The notes under the pieces are model-generated. The model was not told the origin of the DNA. It saw nothing but the letters and a program-made list of their open reading frames with translations, and searched no databases. A stretch of 20,000 nucleotides of DNA from an uncultured virus (IMG/VR IMGVR_UViG_3300002092_000003) (lineage: Duplodnaviria; Heunggongvirae; Uroviricota; Caudoviricetes), in the IMG/VR virus record IMGVR_UViG_3300002092_000003, positions 60,982 through 80,981 of that record; one strand, 5' to 3'. The position numbers and the translations under genes were made by a program. Position 1 is the stretch's first letter. Every line of letters begins with the position of its first letter. This document shows, one piece after another, positions 1 through 8,554 of the stretch.

Positions 1-254
1 TAACTTCTGGACTTAGATCTTCAGAAGATCAGGCTCGAATAAATCCAAAGGCTTCTCATAGTAAACATTTGACGGGAAATGCAGTTGATATTCAAGATCT
101 CGATGGAAATCTACATCAATGGTGTAAAGATAATGAATCTCTATTAACCGAAATCGGATTGTGGTTAGAGAATCGACAAGGTGTGTGGCAGCATTTTCAA
201 AGTATTCCTTTTGGATCTTATCAGTCTGGTGGAACAATTTGGTTTAACCCCTAG
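1..254 (+). CDS. Peptidase M15 family Zn-dependent peptidase (endolysin / D-Ala-D-Ala carboxypeptidase-like), 5'-truncated by the window edge
   Basis: The frame is open from base 3: TSGLRSSEDQARINPKASHSKHLTGNAVDI...WQHFQ. It shows the M15 motifs TSGxR, SxHxxGxAxD and a downstream WxH. The track ORF 69..254 is only its 3' part. Confidence 0.8.
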   Translation, partial: TSGLRSSEDQARINPKASHSKHLTGNAVDIQDLDGNLHQWCKDNESLLTEIGLWLENRQGVWQHFQSIPFGSYQSGGTIWFNP

Positions 255-262
255 GAATATAT

Positions 263-466
263 ATGAAAAAAAGCGAAATAATTAAAAGATTATGCATCTT
301 TGCAGATAAAGAACAATTATTTGATTTACGAGATCAATATGATTATTCAATAGCGAAGAAAATACTTCAATTTTTAGAAGATGAAGGGATGGTTCCACCT
401 TTATTATATACAGGAACTCAAACAGAACCTACTGACATTTATGATTGGGAATCGGAAGATGTATAA
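263..466 (+). CDS. hypothetical protein
   Basis: 67 aa ORF with an AGGA RBS; contiguous with neighbouring genes. Confidence 0.7.
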   Translation: MKKSEIIKRLCIFADKEQLFDLRDQYDYSIAKKILQFLEDEGMVPPLLYTGTQTEPTDIYDWESEDV

Positions 467-662
467 ATTCAAAAAAGTAAGCGATCCCCAAAATAGATTC
501 GATAACGTTGAAATCGAGCATTCAGCAGATGTAGTTACGGCTTCCGATCTCGCGGAAGCTTTCTATTTTTTTGCAATAGGTTGTGGATTTCAGCCTACGT
601 CAGTAATTTCAGGGATGGAAACAGTATTAGAACAATACAAAAAGGACGAAGATGAGCAGTAA
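459..662 (+). CDS. hypothetical protein (likely start ATG 459, MYKFKKVSDP...)
   Basis: ATG 459 overlaps the end of the previous gene. The longer track start at 381 overlaps that gene extensively. Confidence 0.65.
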   Translation: MYKFKKVSDPQNRFDNVEIEHSADVVTASDLAEAFYFFAIGCGFQPTSVISGMETVLEQYKKDEDEQ

Positions 663-1194
663 AGAACCTAGATTACCAAAAGAACTTACTGGAAAGCCTA
701 GACATCTTCCTCGAATGCCAGAAAATATATTAGATTACAGTGACATGGAAAGACTAGGGGATGCTGAAGTATTACAACGTTCTGCGGAGAATCTTTCGAT
801 GGAGCAAAATGAATTAAAAAGAATTATTGACGTATACCATAAAAACATGCTATTATGTCTTACTGAAGGGTATGTAGTTACTATTCCGAATGTAGTAAGT
901 CTTTATACTGCCGTTTATAAACCTAGAGAGGGTGTTCGCGGTGTGTTATCAAATGGATTTGAACGAGTAGAACAGTGGTCGATATCAATTAGAGCGGTTA
1001 CGAAATCTATAGCAAGAAGAATTGTAAGAAAGAACGCAAAATATATTAGGGAGACTCACGGTTATGAAGCTTTATTTGAACCAGAACCAAACAAGTTACT
1101 TGAACGAAATTATTTCTACAACTGCATTGACCGCCCAAAAAGCGAACGATGGGCAGGTGGCAAAGATCCTCGCAGATCTGGCGAAGAAAATTAG
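652..1194 (+). CDS. HU/IHF-like DNA-binding protein with N- and C-terminal extensions
   Basis: The segment DAEVLQRSAENLSMEQNELKRIIDVYHKNMLLCLTEGYVVTIPNVVSLYTAVYKPREG follows the HU/IHF pattern (two helices, G-x-x-V-x-I-x-x-x-x-F/L, then an R-x-G arm). Confidence 0.55.
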   Translation: MSSKEPRLPKELTGKPRHLPRMPENILDYSDMERLGDAEVLQRSAENLSMEQNELKRIIDVYHKNMLLCLTEGYVVTIPNVVSLYTAVYKPREGVRGVLSNGFERVEQWSISIRAVTKSIARRIVRKNAKYIRETHGYEALFEPEPNKLLERNYFYNCIDRPKSERWAGGKDPRRSGEEN

Positions 1195-1495
1195 TCCCAA
1201 ACATAGTTATGTAAAGCTAAAAGCCTACGAAGCGGAATATGTATTAGAGTACATTGAGGCTACTAGAAGTGCTTTAGATGATGCATTAGTTACTTTATCT
1301 ACAGATGAAAGAGAAGAGAAAGATCGCCTCATACAAAAAGCTACAGGGATGAGAGATGAATTAGAAGGTGTAGTATTTTTAATCCGATCTAAAGGAATAC
1401 TTACCCAAGCAGAAAAAGAAGTGGAATATAATAGAGCAATGAATAAAGATATTGAAGCCGCAATAAGCTATGAGCCGGAAATCGAAAATGTTTAA
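1064..1495 (+). CDS. hypothetical helical/coiled-coil protein
   Basis: 143 aa ORF with GGGAG upstream; overlaps the previous ORF by 131 nt. Confidence 0.7.
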   Translation: MKLYLNQNQTSYLNEIISTTALTAQKANDGQVAKILADLAKKISPKHSYVKLKAYEAEYVLEYIEATRSALDDALVTLSTDEREEKDRLIQKATGMRDELEGVVFLIRSKGILTQAEKEVEYNRAMNKDIEAAISYEPEIENV

Positions 1496-1724
1496 TCCTC
1501 CTACTTGCCAATGTACAACATGTGATACAGTGCTCAGATCCCGGTGGGAAGGGCACTTTGTCCGTTGCGAATGTGGAGAATCTTTTGTTGATCAGACACG
1601 CTACTATAGCCGATATGGCGGTAATGTTAAGTCTATTGAACAACTTTTAGCAATAGATTTTTATGCCATTATTTTTAGTGAGAATCTACAAGAATTTCTT
1701 GACCAAAATCCAGAAATGGAGTAG
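1488..1724 (+). CDS. small Cys/His zinc-binding phage protein
   Basis: CxCxxC...SxxxxHFVxCxCG...VD...Y.RYGG pattern. ATG 1488 overlaps the end of the previous gene. Confidence 0.7.
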   Translation: MFNPPTCQCTTCDTVLRSRWEGHFVRCECGESFVDQTRYYSRYGGNVKSIEQLLAIDFYAIIFSENLQEFLDQNPEME

Positions 1725-1759
1725 TATCTTTCTCAGGCTAACACTATCAAGGGGAATCA

Positions 1760-4645
1760 GTGAACTTATCTAATAAACTTCTTTCGGACATTACAGCATT
1801 CAGAACTTACGCAAAATATATGGCACATTTAGGTCGCAGAGAAACTCTCTCAGAAACTATTAATCGTGACATGATTATGCATCTTCAGAAATTCCCAAAG
1901 CTTTCTAACGAAATTACAAAATCATTTAGGTATGTGCATGATTTAAAAGTTATGCCTTCTATGCGAGCTTTGCAGTTCGCCGGTGAAGCAGTATTAAAAA
2001 ATAATATGCGTCAATTTAATTGTTCGTATGCACCTATCGACGATACAAAAGTATTCAGTGAAGCATTATTTCTTTTGCTTTCCGGTGTAGGGTTTGGATT
2101 TTCTGTTCAACAAAGACATATCAGTAAATTACCAAAGCTTAAGAAACCAAACGAAAGTGTTCGTTATATTGTACACGATAGTATTGAAGGGTGGAGTGAT
2201 GCATTAAACACTCTATTAGAAGCATTCTTTTTCGGTAAAATTAAACCTGATTTTGATTTATCTTTAATTCGCGCAAAGGGTTCTTATTTAGTAACTACTG
2301 GAGCAAAAGCTCCCGGTCCAGAACCTCTTAAAGTAATGTTAAAGCAAATAGAAGAGCGTTTAAATTTATCTATAGGACGACGATTAACTTCATTAGAAGT
2401 GCATGATATTGTGTGTATTATTTCAGATGCAGTATTGGCGGGAGGCATAAGACGTGCCGCGCTTATTTCTCTATTCGATAGAACAGACATTGCAATGTTA
2501 AAATGTAAACATGGAAACTGGTGGGAAAAGCATCCTTATCGCGCTCGTGCAAATAATAGTGCCGTATTGCCGAGAGGCAAAACCACAAAAGAAGAATTTG
2601 ATTTCATCTACGATATGTGTAGAGATAGCGGAAGTGGTGAGCCGGGAATTTATTGGACAAACAATGAAGATCACGGAACAAATCCATGCAAACCATTGTA
2701 TTCTACTATACTAACCGACAAGGGATATATTACATTTGAGCAAGCATTAAAACTAGAATCATTAATGGTAATGGGAATAGATGGAAAATACAAAGAAGCA
2801 TCCAAACCGTTTAAAACGGGATCTCAAAGAACAATTACAAAAATAACATTATCTAATGGTAAATATTTATTTGGAACAGAAAATCATTTACATATGTTAG
2901 AGTCTAATGAGTGGAAGAGAATGGATGAACTTGAAATAGGAGATCATTTAAAATTCTCAACTAATAAAATATTTGCCACTGAAGTTGATAATAAAAAAGA
3001 ATATGAAGACGGATTATTTGCTGGATGGATACACGGAGATGGGTGGTTTTCAAAAAGAAAAGACAGCGAAGGGTATACAGTAGGTATGTGTTTTGGTAAT
3101 CATGAGTTTGATGTTGTAGATTTATTCGAAAAAATGTTAGATGTAAAAACAACTCCTCATGCACAAAAACCAGATACATGTAGAGTATTCTCTGTACATA
3201 GAAAAGTATTGTCAGATCGACTGTTAGAGTTCGGAATGAGCTTAGATAAAAATGATTTAACTTGGATCTATGGAAAATCTAAAGACTTTAAATTAGGATT
3301 TATAAAAGCATTTTTTACAGCAGATGGATCTGTTAGATCAATGAATAATGTAGAAGTATATTCTGCTAGAAGAGAAGCATTGGAAGTAGTATCTAATGTT
3401 TTAAATGAATTTGGTATATATAATACAATTACTGTTCATAATAACGCAAAATCTTATATAGCTAAAGATGGAAAAATTAGAAATAATAAAACCTCATATA
3501 AAATAAATGTATATTCTGGTCAATACAAAAAGATAGGATTTATTTCTAAATTAAAAAATGAATTACTACAAAATCATATTGAAAAAGAAATAGTTAGATA
3601 TAAGAATCATGTAACAATTATTGATATTGAGACTAATTATGATGTTCAAGATGTATATGATATTACAGTGTATGACGAAACTCATGCCTTTTATGATTCT
3701 GGAGTAGTTTCACATAATTGTGGAGAAATCTCTTTAAAGCCAAATCAATTTTGTAACCTTACTACCGTAAATCAATCAAATATAAAAGATAAGAAAGATT
3801 TTTTAGGTAGAGTTACTGCTGCAACAGTACTAGGAACAATCCAAGCATCTTATACTGACTTTAGTTATCTTCGTCCAATTTGGCAACAGACCACAGAAGA
3901 GGAGGCTTTATTGGGAGTATCCTTTACGGGAATTGCTGACAGTAGCGGAATAGTAACTACTGAATGGTTACGGGAAGGTGCAGCATTAGCAAAAGAAGTT
4001 AATGAGCGCATCGCAAAAAAAATTGGTATTAATCCTGCTGCCAGAATTACAGCAATTAAGCCAGAAGGAACTGCCTCTTGTGTTTTAGGATCAGCCTCTG
4101 GAATTCACGCTAGACACAGTGATTACTATATTAGAAGAATTAGAATGAATAAGGATGACGCGCTTGCTGTATATTTAAAGAATACTATACCGGATTTAGT
4201 AGAAGATGATAAATTTAGTTCAACGGGAATTGTCGTTAGTATACCGCAGGAGTCTCCAATAGGATCAATAACTAGACATACTGAAACTGCAGAGACTTTA
4301 TTCAATCGCACTATGCAATACAACACTAATTGGATTAGAGAAGGGTATAGGTCGGGAGATAATCAACATAATGTTTCAGTGACTATTTCCGTTAGAGATG
4401 AAGAATGGGAGATGGTTAGAGGTCTAATGTGGGAAAGCAAGGAACTATACAATGGTATCTCATTGCTTCCTTTCAATGGAGGAACTTATGTGCAAGCTCC
4501 TTTCGAAGATTGTACTAAAGAACAATTTGAAGAAATGTCTAAGCTTGTGAAAGATATTGATTTAACTAAAGTTGTGGAAGAATCTGATAAGACAGAAAGA
4601 ATAGAAATCCTTTCTTGCGCTGGCGGGGTCTGTACAATTGAGTAA
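1760..4645 (+). CDS. nrdJ: Class II (B12-dependent, monomeric RTPR-type) ribonucleotide reductase containing an intein
   Basis: Motifs PSMRALQFAG, FNCSY, GVGFGFSV, GGIRRAALI, GSGEPG, TNP/CGEI, TAIKPEGTAS and C-terminal CAGGVC. No ATP cone and no NrdB gene in the window. GTG start with GGGG RBS. About 617 aa after intein removal. Confidence 0.93.
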   Translation: MNLSNKLLSDITAFRTYAKYMAHLGRRETLSETINRDMIMHLQKFPKLSNEITKSFRYVHDLKVMPSMRALQFAGEAVLKNNMRQFNCSYAPIDDTKVFSEALFLLLSGVGFGFSVQQRHISKLPKLKKPNESVRYIVHDSIEGWSDALNTLLEAFFFGKIKPDFDLSLIRAKGSYLVTTGAKAPGPEPLKVMLKQIEERLNLSIGRRLTSLEVHDIVCIISDAVLAGGIRRAALISLFDRTDIAMLKCKHGNWWEKHPYRARANNSAVLPRGKTTKEEFDFIYDMCRDSGSGEPGIYWTNNEDHGTNPCKPLYSTILTDKGYITFEQALKLESLMVMGIDGKYKEASKPFKTGSQRTITKITLSNGKYLFGTENHLHMLESNEWKRMDELEIGDHLKFSTNKIFATEVDNKKEYEDGLFAGWIHGDGWFSKRKDSEGYTVGMCFGNHEFDVVDLFEKMLDVKTTPHAQKPDTCRVFSVHRKVLSDRLLEFGMSLDKNDLTWIYGKSKDFKLGFIKAFFTADGSVRSMNNVEVYSARREALEVVSNVLNEFGIYNTITVHNNAKSYIAKDGKIRNNKTSYKINVYSGQYKKIGFISKLKNELLQNHIEKEIVRYKNHVTIIDIETNYDVQDVYDITVYDETHAFYDSGVVSHNCGEISLKPNQFCNLTTVNQSNIKDKKDFLGRVTAATVLGTIQASYTDFSYLRPIWQQTTEEEALLGVSFTGIADSSGIVTTEWLREGAALAKEVNERIAKKIGINPAARITAIKPEGTASCVLGSASGIHARHSDYYIRRIRMNKDDALAVYLKNTIPDLVEDDKFSSTGIVVSIPQESPIGSITRHTETAETLFNRTMQYNTNWIREGYRSGDNQHNVSVTISVRDEEWEMVRGLMWESKELYNGISLLPFNGGTYVQAPFEDCTKEQFEEMSKLVKDIDLTKVVEESDKTERIEILSCAGGVCTIE
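2687..3718 (+). mobile_element. Intein (344 aa) with LAGLIDADG homing endonuclease
   Basis: Begins with Cys (CKPLYSTILTDKG) after TNP and ends ...VYDITV...VVSHN before CGEI. Block B is GTENH. LAGLIDADG blocks are FAGWIHGDG and FIKAFFTADG. The segment is visibly more AT-rich than its flanks. Confidence 0.95.
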
Positions 4646-4823
4646 TGATACCTTTACAAAATGCCCCTATTGTGATAGTATGGTTGAAGTAGATATAGAG
4701 TTCGCTCGCAAAAACGGGCGAATATTCTGTAACACCTGCTGCAAAGCATTTGATATAGCTTTAGAAGAAGAGAAAGAAGACAAGACAAAATCTGATTATT
4801 ATGGCGGATTTAATTATTGGTGA
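4638..4823 (+). CDS. small zinc-ribbon protein
   Basis: CPYC...CNTCC; TTG start overlapping the end of nrdJ. Confidence 0.7.
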   Translation: MSNDTFTKCPYCDSMVEVDIEFARKNGRIFCNTCCKAFDIALEEEKEDKTKSDYYGGFNYW

Positions 4824-4826
4824 TTT

Positions 4827-5012
4827 ATGGAATATGTTGAAACTAAAAAGGGTTCGTTCTTAGTATTTGATACAGACGAAGAGTATTTGCAATTAGCTTT
4901 TGCTGCATATGAAGTTTTTAAATTTCGCGGAAAAACAAAAAAGATTTGCGATAAGTATATAAACAGATATATTAATTTGGCATTGAGAGAATACATTGAG
5001 AAATTAAAATGA
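4827..5012 (+). CDS. hypothetical protein
   Basis: 61 aa ORF in the operon; ATGA overlap with the next gene. Confidence 0.6.
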   Translation: MEYVETKKGSFLVFDTDEEYLQLAFAAYEVFKFRGKTKKICDKYINRYINLALREYIEKLK

Positions 5013-5206
5013 CGTATAAGGACATAAAGCTATGGAGTCTTCCGATAGATAAGGACACGCCATATCGTGACATTACTGAATATGTTCGGTTTAAAACCGA
5101 ACGCAGTTGGTATGCCACCATCACTAAGCAGCACGGCTACTATCACTTAAGGCTAGATGTATTCGATAGTAAATTAGTAGATGCAATCTTCATGAGTGAT
5201 ATGTGA
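5009..5206 (+). CDS. small protein with C-terminal SK[LV]xxA[LI] motif
   Basis: Ends FDSKLVDAIFMSDM; ATGA/GTGA coupling to neighbours. Confidence 0.7.
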   Translation: MTYKDIKLWSLPIDKDTPYRDITEYVRFKTERSWYATITKQHGYYHLRLDVFDSKLVDAIFMSDM

Positions 5207-5394
5207 AATTGAAATACTATTTCGATACTAGACGCAATAATACAGATTTATTATATCTTTTAACAAAAGCTTATTCTGAAGATATAGAAGAACTTGGTAT
5301 ATGGTTTCAAAAACTAGGCAGGGATACTCATAGTATTAGAGTAGATTCCGTTAACTCAAAATTAATTATAGCAATGTTCCGGGAGAAAATATGA
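5203..5394 (+). CDS. small protein with C-terminal SK[LV]xxA[LI] motif
   Basis: Ends VNSKLIIAMFREKI; 4-nt overlaps on both sides. Confidence 0.7.
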   Translation: MKLKYYFDTRRNNTDLLYLLTKAYSEDIEELGIWFQKLGRDTHSIRVDSVNSKLIIAMFREKI

Positions 5395-6113
5395 GAGAAG
5401 AATTTTATGATCGATGGGTAAATATGCAACACGGCATGGAACTCGATCCAGATATCAATAAAGGAAAACGAAATAATGAAAATGGTATACTATACTTAGC
5501 TGAATATATTATGTGCCTACACAAGGAAGCAGATATAGTTACTTATGATAAATTAGTATTTGAGCAAATAGTATCTAATCTGCGTTATCAAGATGCCGGA
5601 GTCTATAATAGAGGGGAAGGGGAATCTACTTCTGCTCACGTAAACTTTGTACCTGCTGAATCTCGAAGATCTATATCGCATGATAATATCACAGGAATAT
5701 CTTGTGCAAGCTATCTGTTAGGAAATAAAGAGGAGTGTAAAGCTATCGCAAATCACGGTCTTAAGAATTTTTTTGTATTTAATAATATTAAGCCTTTATT
5801 TTCATTCCCCTTTAATCCCGGTAATATAGCCCCTTGGTTAGCCTTGGGCGGGCACGAGCTTCTGGCTTTAGTATTTCTTCCCTTTTTTATTATAAATTTT
5901 CTTATTACTATGTGTAAAGGAAAACAAGATACTAGCAGTAAAAAACTATATATACTTACTCTTTACACGCTAAGAGATGTGTTTGGATTTGGGTGGCTAA
6001 ATACTCTTTTAATTAAACGCATGGAATCTCAATATGGCGGAGGATACTTACATGAGATTTATAGTATTTATTATACCAATGTGAATCATCCTTTACGAGA
6101 AATTACAAAATAG
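5391..6113 (+). CDS. hypothetical protein with a hydrophobic (possibly membrane) segment
   Basis: 240 aa ORF with GGGAG RBS; hydrophobic stretch LLALVFLPFFIINFLITM. Confidence 0.8.
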   Translation: MREEFYDRWVNMQHGMELDPDINKGKRNNENGILYLAEYIMCLHKEADIVTYDKLVFEQIVSNLRYQDAGVYNRGEGESTSAHVNFVPAESRRSISHDNITGISCASYLLGNKEECKAIANHGLKNFFVFNNIKPLFSFPFNPGNIAPWLALGGHELLALVFLPFFIINFLITMCKGKQDTSSKKLYILTLYTLRDVFGFGWLNTLLIKRMESQYGGGYLHEIYSIYYTNVNHPLREITK

Positions 6114-6116
6114 TAT

Positions 6117-6145
6117 TTGACTTTTTTTTAGTATTATAGTATTGT
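6117..6145 (+). promoter_or_regulatory. putative sigma70 promoter
   Basis: TTGACT-17 nt-TATTGT in the intergenic gap upstream of ORF 6193. Confidence 0.5.
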
Positions 6146-6150
6146 ATCTT

Positions 6151-6183
6151 GACGGCATCCCTGCCGTCTTAACCTTCGGTTAA
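6151..6183. other. two adjacent hairpins directly before an RBS
   Basis: GACGGCA-TCCC-TGCCGTC followed by TTAACC-TTC-GGTTAA, abutting AAGGAG. Confidence 0.6.
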
Positions 6184-6192
6184 AGGAGAGCT

Positions 6193-6450
6193 ATGAAATC
6201 TGCTAAGACTTTACATAAAATAGCTCATGCCTATCAAGCTGCTATGCCTGTAAGCTCAATCAAAGAATTGAGCGACACTATCGAAATTCATGCACATCTC
6301 GGCGCTGAACTATGCGAATTGTTCGTTGCTGAAAAAATAAGTGAGACTGCCGTAAAGCAACTTAGGAAGAGTGGTTTTACGGTATCTTATCTTAAATTTG
6401 TATCTAATAATAATTGGAGACTCGTCTCTATTAATTGGGAGAAACCTTAA
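6193..6450 (+). CDS. hypothetical protein
   Basis: 85 aa with a strong AAGGAG RBS. Confidence 0.8.
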   Translation: MKSAKTLHKIAHAYQAAMPVSSIKELSDTIEIHAHLGAELCELFVAEKISETAVKQLRKSGFTVSYLKFVSNNNWRLVSINWEKP

Positions 6451-6758
6451 TGACCGATATCAAAAATCCATTTAGTATTGTTGCCCCCCTATCTATTACA
6501 GGAGACATTCCCGCACTAGAGGGAGTGATGACCTATGCAACTTCCGAGTCTGTTCCCCCGGAACAAGAACCTGATATCCGAACTCCTATCGAGCGCATGA
6601 TACAGAAGGAGTTAAAGTCAGATAAGTTTCTATTAGCTTATTATGATGAGAACGGCGATGTAGGATTTTATACCGGCGAAGGTATGGACCCGGAAGGTAT
6701 AAGCTTTATTACAGATGTAATGAAAGCAAGAGTAATGATGCAGCTTCTATTAGATTAG
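6450..6758 (+). CDS. hypothetical acidic protein (start likely ATG 6450, MTDIKNPF...)
   Basis: TAATG coupling and GGGAG upstream. Confidence 0.75.
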   Translation: MTDIKNPFSIVAPLSITGDIPALEGVMTYATSESVPPEQEPDIRTPIERMIQKELKSDKFLLAYYDENGDVGFYTGEGMDPEGISFITDVMKARVMMQLLLD

Positions 6759-6794
6759 AAGTTCTAAATATAAATTATTTACAGGAGGTGGGTT

Positions 6795-6944
6795 ATCCCA
6801 TTAAAAAAAGGCGGATCGAAAAAGACAATTAGCGAGAACATTAAGACGGAAGTTAAAGCAGGAAGACCAGTTAAACAAGCTGCGGCTATTGCTTATTCAG
6901 AAGCTAATAAATCTAAAAAGAAGCCATCGAAGAAAAAGAAATAA
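6795..6944 (+). CDS. small basic phage protein of the 'MPLKKG.S.KTIS.NI...AGRP.KQA.AIA.S' type, apparent AUC start
   Basis: Translation (I/M)PLKKGGSKKTISENIKTEVKAGRPVKQAAAIAYSEANKSKKKPSKKKK. AGGAGG lies 6 nt upstream and there is no in-frame ATG/GTG/TTG. Not in the ORF track. Confidence 0.75.
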   Translation: MPLKKGGSKKTISENIKTEVKAGRPVKQAAAIAYSEANKSKKKPSKKKK

Positions 6945-7199
6945 ATGAATAACGTAGAAATATTTGAAGGATTAGAAGATTTAGTCAAAACAATTAGTTT
7001 AGGTAAACACAACTATTTCTTTGGAGTTCTACAATCATTAAGAACTAAACAAGTCCAGTATAAACTATCACGCCCAGCCTACACAAGTAAAGTGTTAGTT
7101 GGGCTTTTAAAACAGGAATATGAAACGCGTATGTATTCTGCAGGATTCACTACGGATGTTAGCAGTTACAAATACAGACAGGTAATTAAACAGTTTTAG
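6945..7199 (+). CDS. hypothetical protein (internal SKVLVGLL motif variant)
   Basis: 84 aa ORF starting immediately after the previous stop. Confidence 0.6.
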   Translation: MNNVEIFEGLEDLVKTISLGKHNYFFGVLQSLRTKQVQYKLSRPAYTSKVLVGLLKQEYETRMYSAGFTTDVSSYKYRQVIKQF

Positions 7200-7464
7200 T
7201 CTTGCATTTGTCACAGCATCTACTAGCACCATTTGCAAGTGTCATGTCTTCGCCACACACATTACAAGGCACAGTCGTGCCCAAGGGAATGTTCCCGGCG
7301 GCTAGTCTTCTCTTCGCATCGTAGGCAAGCTTATAAGCGGAATAGCATTCTGGACAACGCTTACCATACCAGCGATTTCCGTTAGCATCCACATATATAT
7401 AGTAGCCTCTGTACTTTTCTAGTATTGTTCTCTCTTTATCTTCTGAGCATATTTTACAAATCAT
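7186..7464 (-). CDS. multi-CxxC zinc-finger protein, the only convincing minus-strand gene
   Basis: CKIC, CPEC, CNVC, CCDKC. Probable start at MICKIC with GGAGAAGG upstream on the minus strand. Confidence 0.75.
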   Translation of the reverse strand: MICKICSEDKERTILEKYRGYYIYVDANGNRWYGKRCPECYSAYKLAYDAKRRLAAGNIPLGTTVPCNVCGEDMTLANGASRCCDKCKTKTV

Positions 7465-7465
7465 C

Positions 7466-7494
7466 TTGACCTTCTCCAACATTTATGATACCAT
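7466..7494 (+). promoter_or_regulatory. putative sigma70 promoter (extended -10)
   Basis: TTGACC-17 nt-TACCAT with TGn; lies upstream of the 7505-8692 gene cluster. Confidence 0.45.
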
Positions 7495-7504
7495 ACACTA
7501 GTAT

Positions 7505-7714
7505 TTGTTAACCTTCACAACGAAGTTGGTATTTATATATTACTATCACTTTATTTCCCGCATAGGATTCCTTAGAAGTTACATCAGCGACGGGAAGGTG
7601 GAGTATTGGGCAACCAAGATAACAGATGGTCAAATGCACCTATCTCCTACCATAACTAAAAAGACTCTAGTATGTAGTAGCGTACTGCTTGCAATCTTCG
7701 GAAAGAGCATATGA
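7505..7714 (+). CDS. small protein with C-terminal motif variant
   Basis: Ends VCSSVLLAIFGKSI; the start is uncertain (TTG, no clear RBS). Confidence 0.55.
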   Translation: MLTFTTKLVFIYYYHFISRIGFLRSYISDGKVEYWATKITDGQMHLSPTITKKTLVCSSVLLAIFGKSI

Positions 7715-7983
7715 AGCGAACACAAACCTTTATAGACTATGTATTATCTCGCGCTAAGAAGCGGGGAAATCCTTATAATTTCTCTAGTGCCTTAGACATA
7801 CCATATTACACATTAGACATGACTGATGAATGGGAGGCTATTGAGAGCCTGAAGAGTGCATGGACTTATGCGGCTTTAATCGAGCATGGTAAAACAGGTA
7901 GGGTTATATTCCCCCATGAGGTAGTACATTGTAAGATATGTAAGGCACTGTTCCTGCCTATAGAAGAGGCGGAAGACCTATGA
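7711..7983 (+). CDS. small protein with C-terminal motif variant
   Basis: Ends HCKICKALFLPIEEAEDL; ATGA overlaps. Confidence 0.7.
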   Translation: MKRTQTFIDYVLSRAKKRGNPYNFSSALDIPYYTLDMTDEWEAIESLKSAWTYAALIEHGKTGRVIFPHEVVHCKICKALFLPIEEAEDL

Positions 7984-8171
7984 TGTACCTATACAAGTCT
8001 AAGCTGCTAGAAAACCTAATAGACATACATAACATTACAGGAAGGCAGTATGATAACTTTAGCTGGCATAGGTATATGTATGATGAAGACTTAACGCTAA
8101 AGGAAGAAGCTGTATTCAGCAAGCTTATCACCTCTATATTTGAAGGACTAAATACTGATGAAACCATATAA
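7980..8171 (+). CDS. small protein with C-terminal SK[LV]xx[AS][LI] motif
   Basis: Ends VFSKLITSIFEGLNTDETI; GAGG RBS. Confidence 0.7.
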   Translation: MMYLYKSKLLENLIDIHNITGRQYDNFSWHRYMYDEDLTLKEEAVFSKLITSIFEGLNTDETI

Positions 8172-8379
8172 TTTCAATATGTTGCATAAGATAGGATGGG
8201 TAATAGCAACAGAGAATCCTATTAACGAGTTGATGCTATATGTCACAGGATTCTATGCGCCTATGATCCATGATAGCGAGTTCGTAAGAACACACTACAG
8301 CCATGTCTGGAGGGAAGAGGTAATAGTGTCTAAAGTCACCACAGCCCTGCTACAAGCAAACACAAGTATAAGGAGTTAG
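8158..8379 (+). CDS. small protein with C-terminal SK[LV]xxA[LI] motif
   Basis: Ends IVSKVTTALLQANTSIRS; AAGGA RBS. Confidence 0.7.
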   Translation: MKPYNFNMLHKIGWVIATENPINELMLYVTGFYAPMIHDSEFVRTHYSHVWREEVIVSKVTTALLQANTSIRS

Positions 8380-8380
8380 G

Positions 8381-8554
8381 ATGATACCTTCCAAATACAA
8401 ATATTACATCTACCGGGCTTCAGGAGCTTCACAAGGCTTCTCAAAGCATAGGCATAGAGCCGGAGGATTGCTTAGGGCAGGATGTGGCTATGTGAGATAT
8501 GATGCAAGATGGTCGTCAGTGATGTTGGCATTGCTACCAAGGGAGAAGAACTAA
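8381..8554 (+). CDS. small basic protein (57 aa) with C-terminal motif variant
   Basis: MIPSKYKYYIYRASG...RWSSVMLALLPREKN with AAGGAG RBS; below the track length cutoff. Confidence 0.65.
   Translation: MIPSKYKYYIYRASGASQGFSKHRHRAGGLLRAGCGYVRYDARWSSVMLALLPREKN

Noticed and set aside
13..237. Minus-strand 74-aa ORF
   Set aside because: Shadow of the M15 peptidase on the + strand.
2284..4326. Short ORFs inside nrdJ (2284-2490, 2511-2714, 2961-3179, 4126-4326)
   Set aside because: They lie within a well-supported gene in alternative or antisense frames and have no recognisable motifs.
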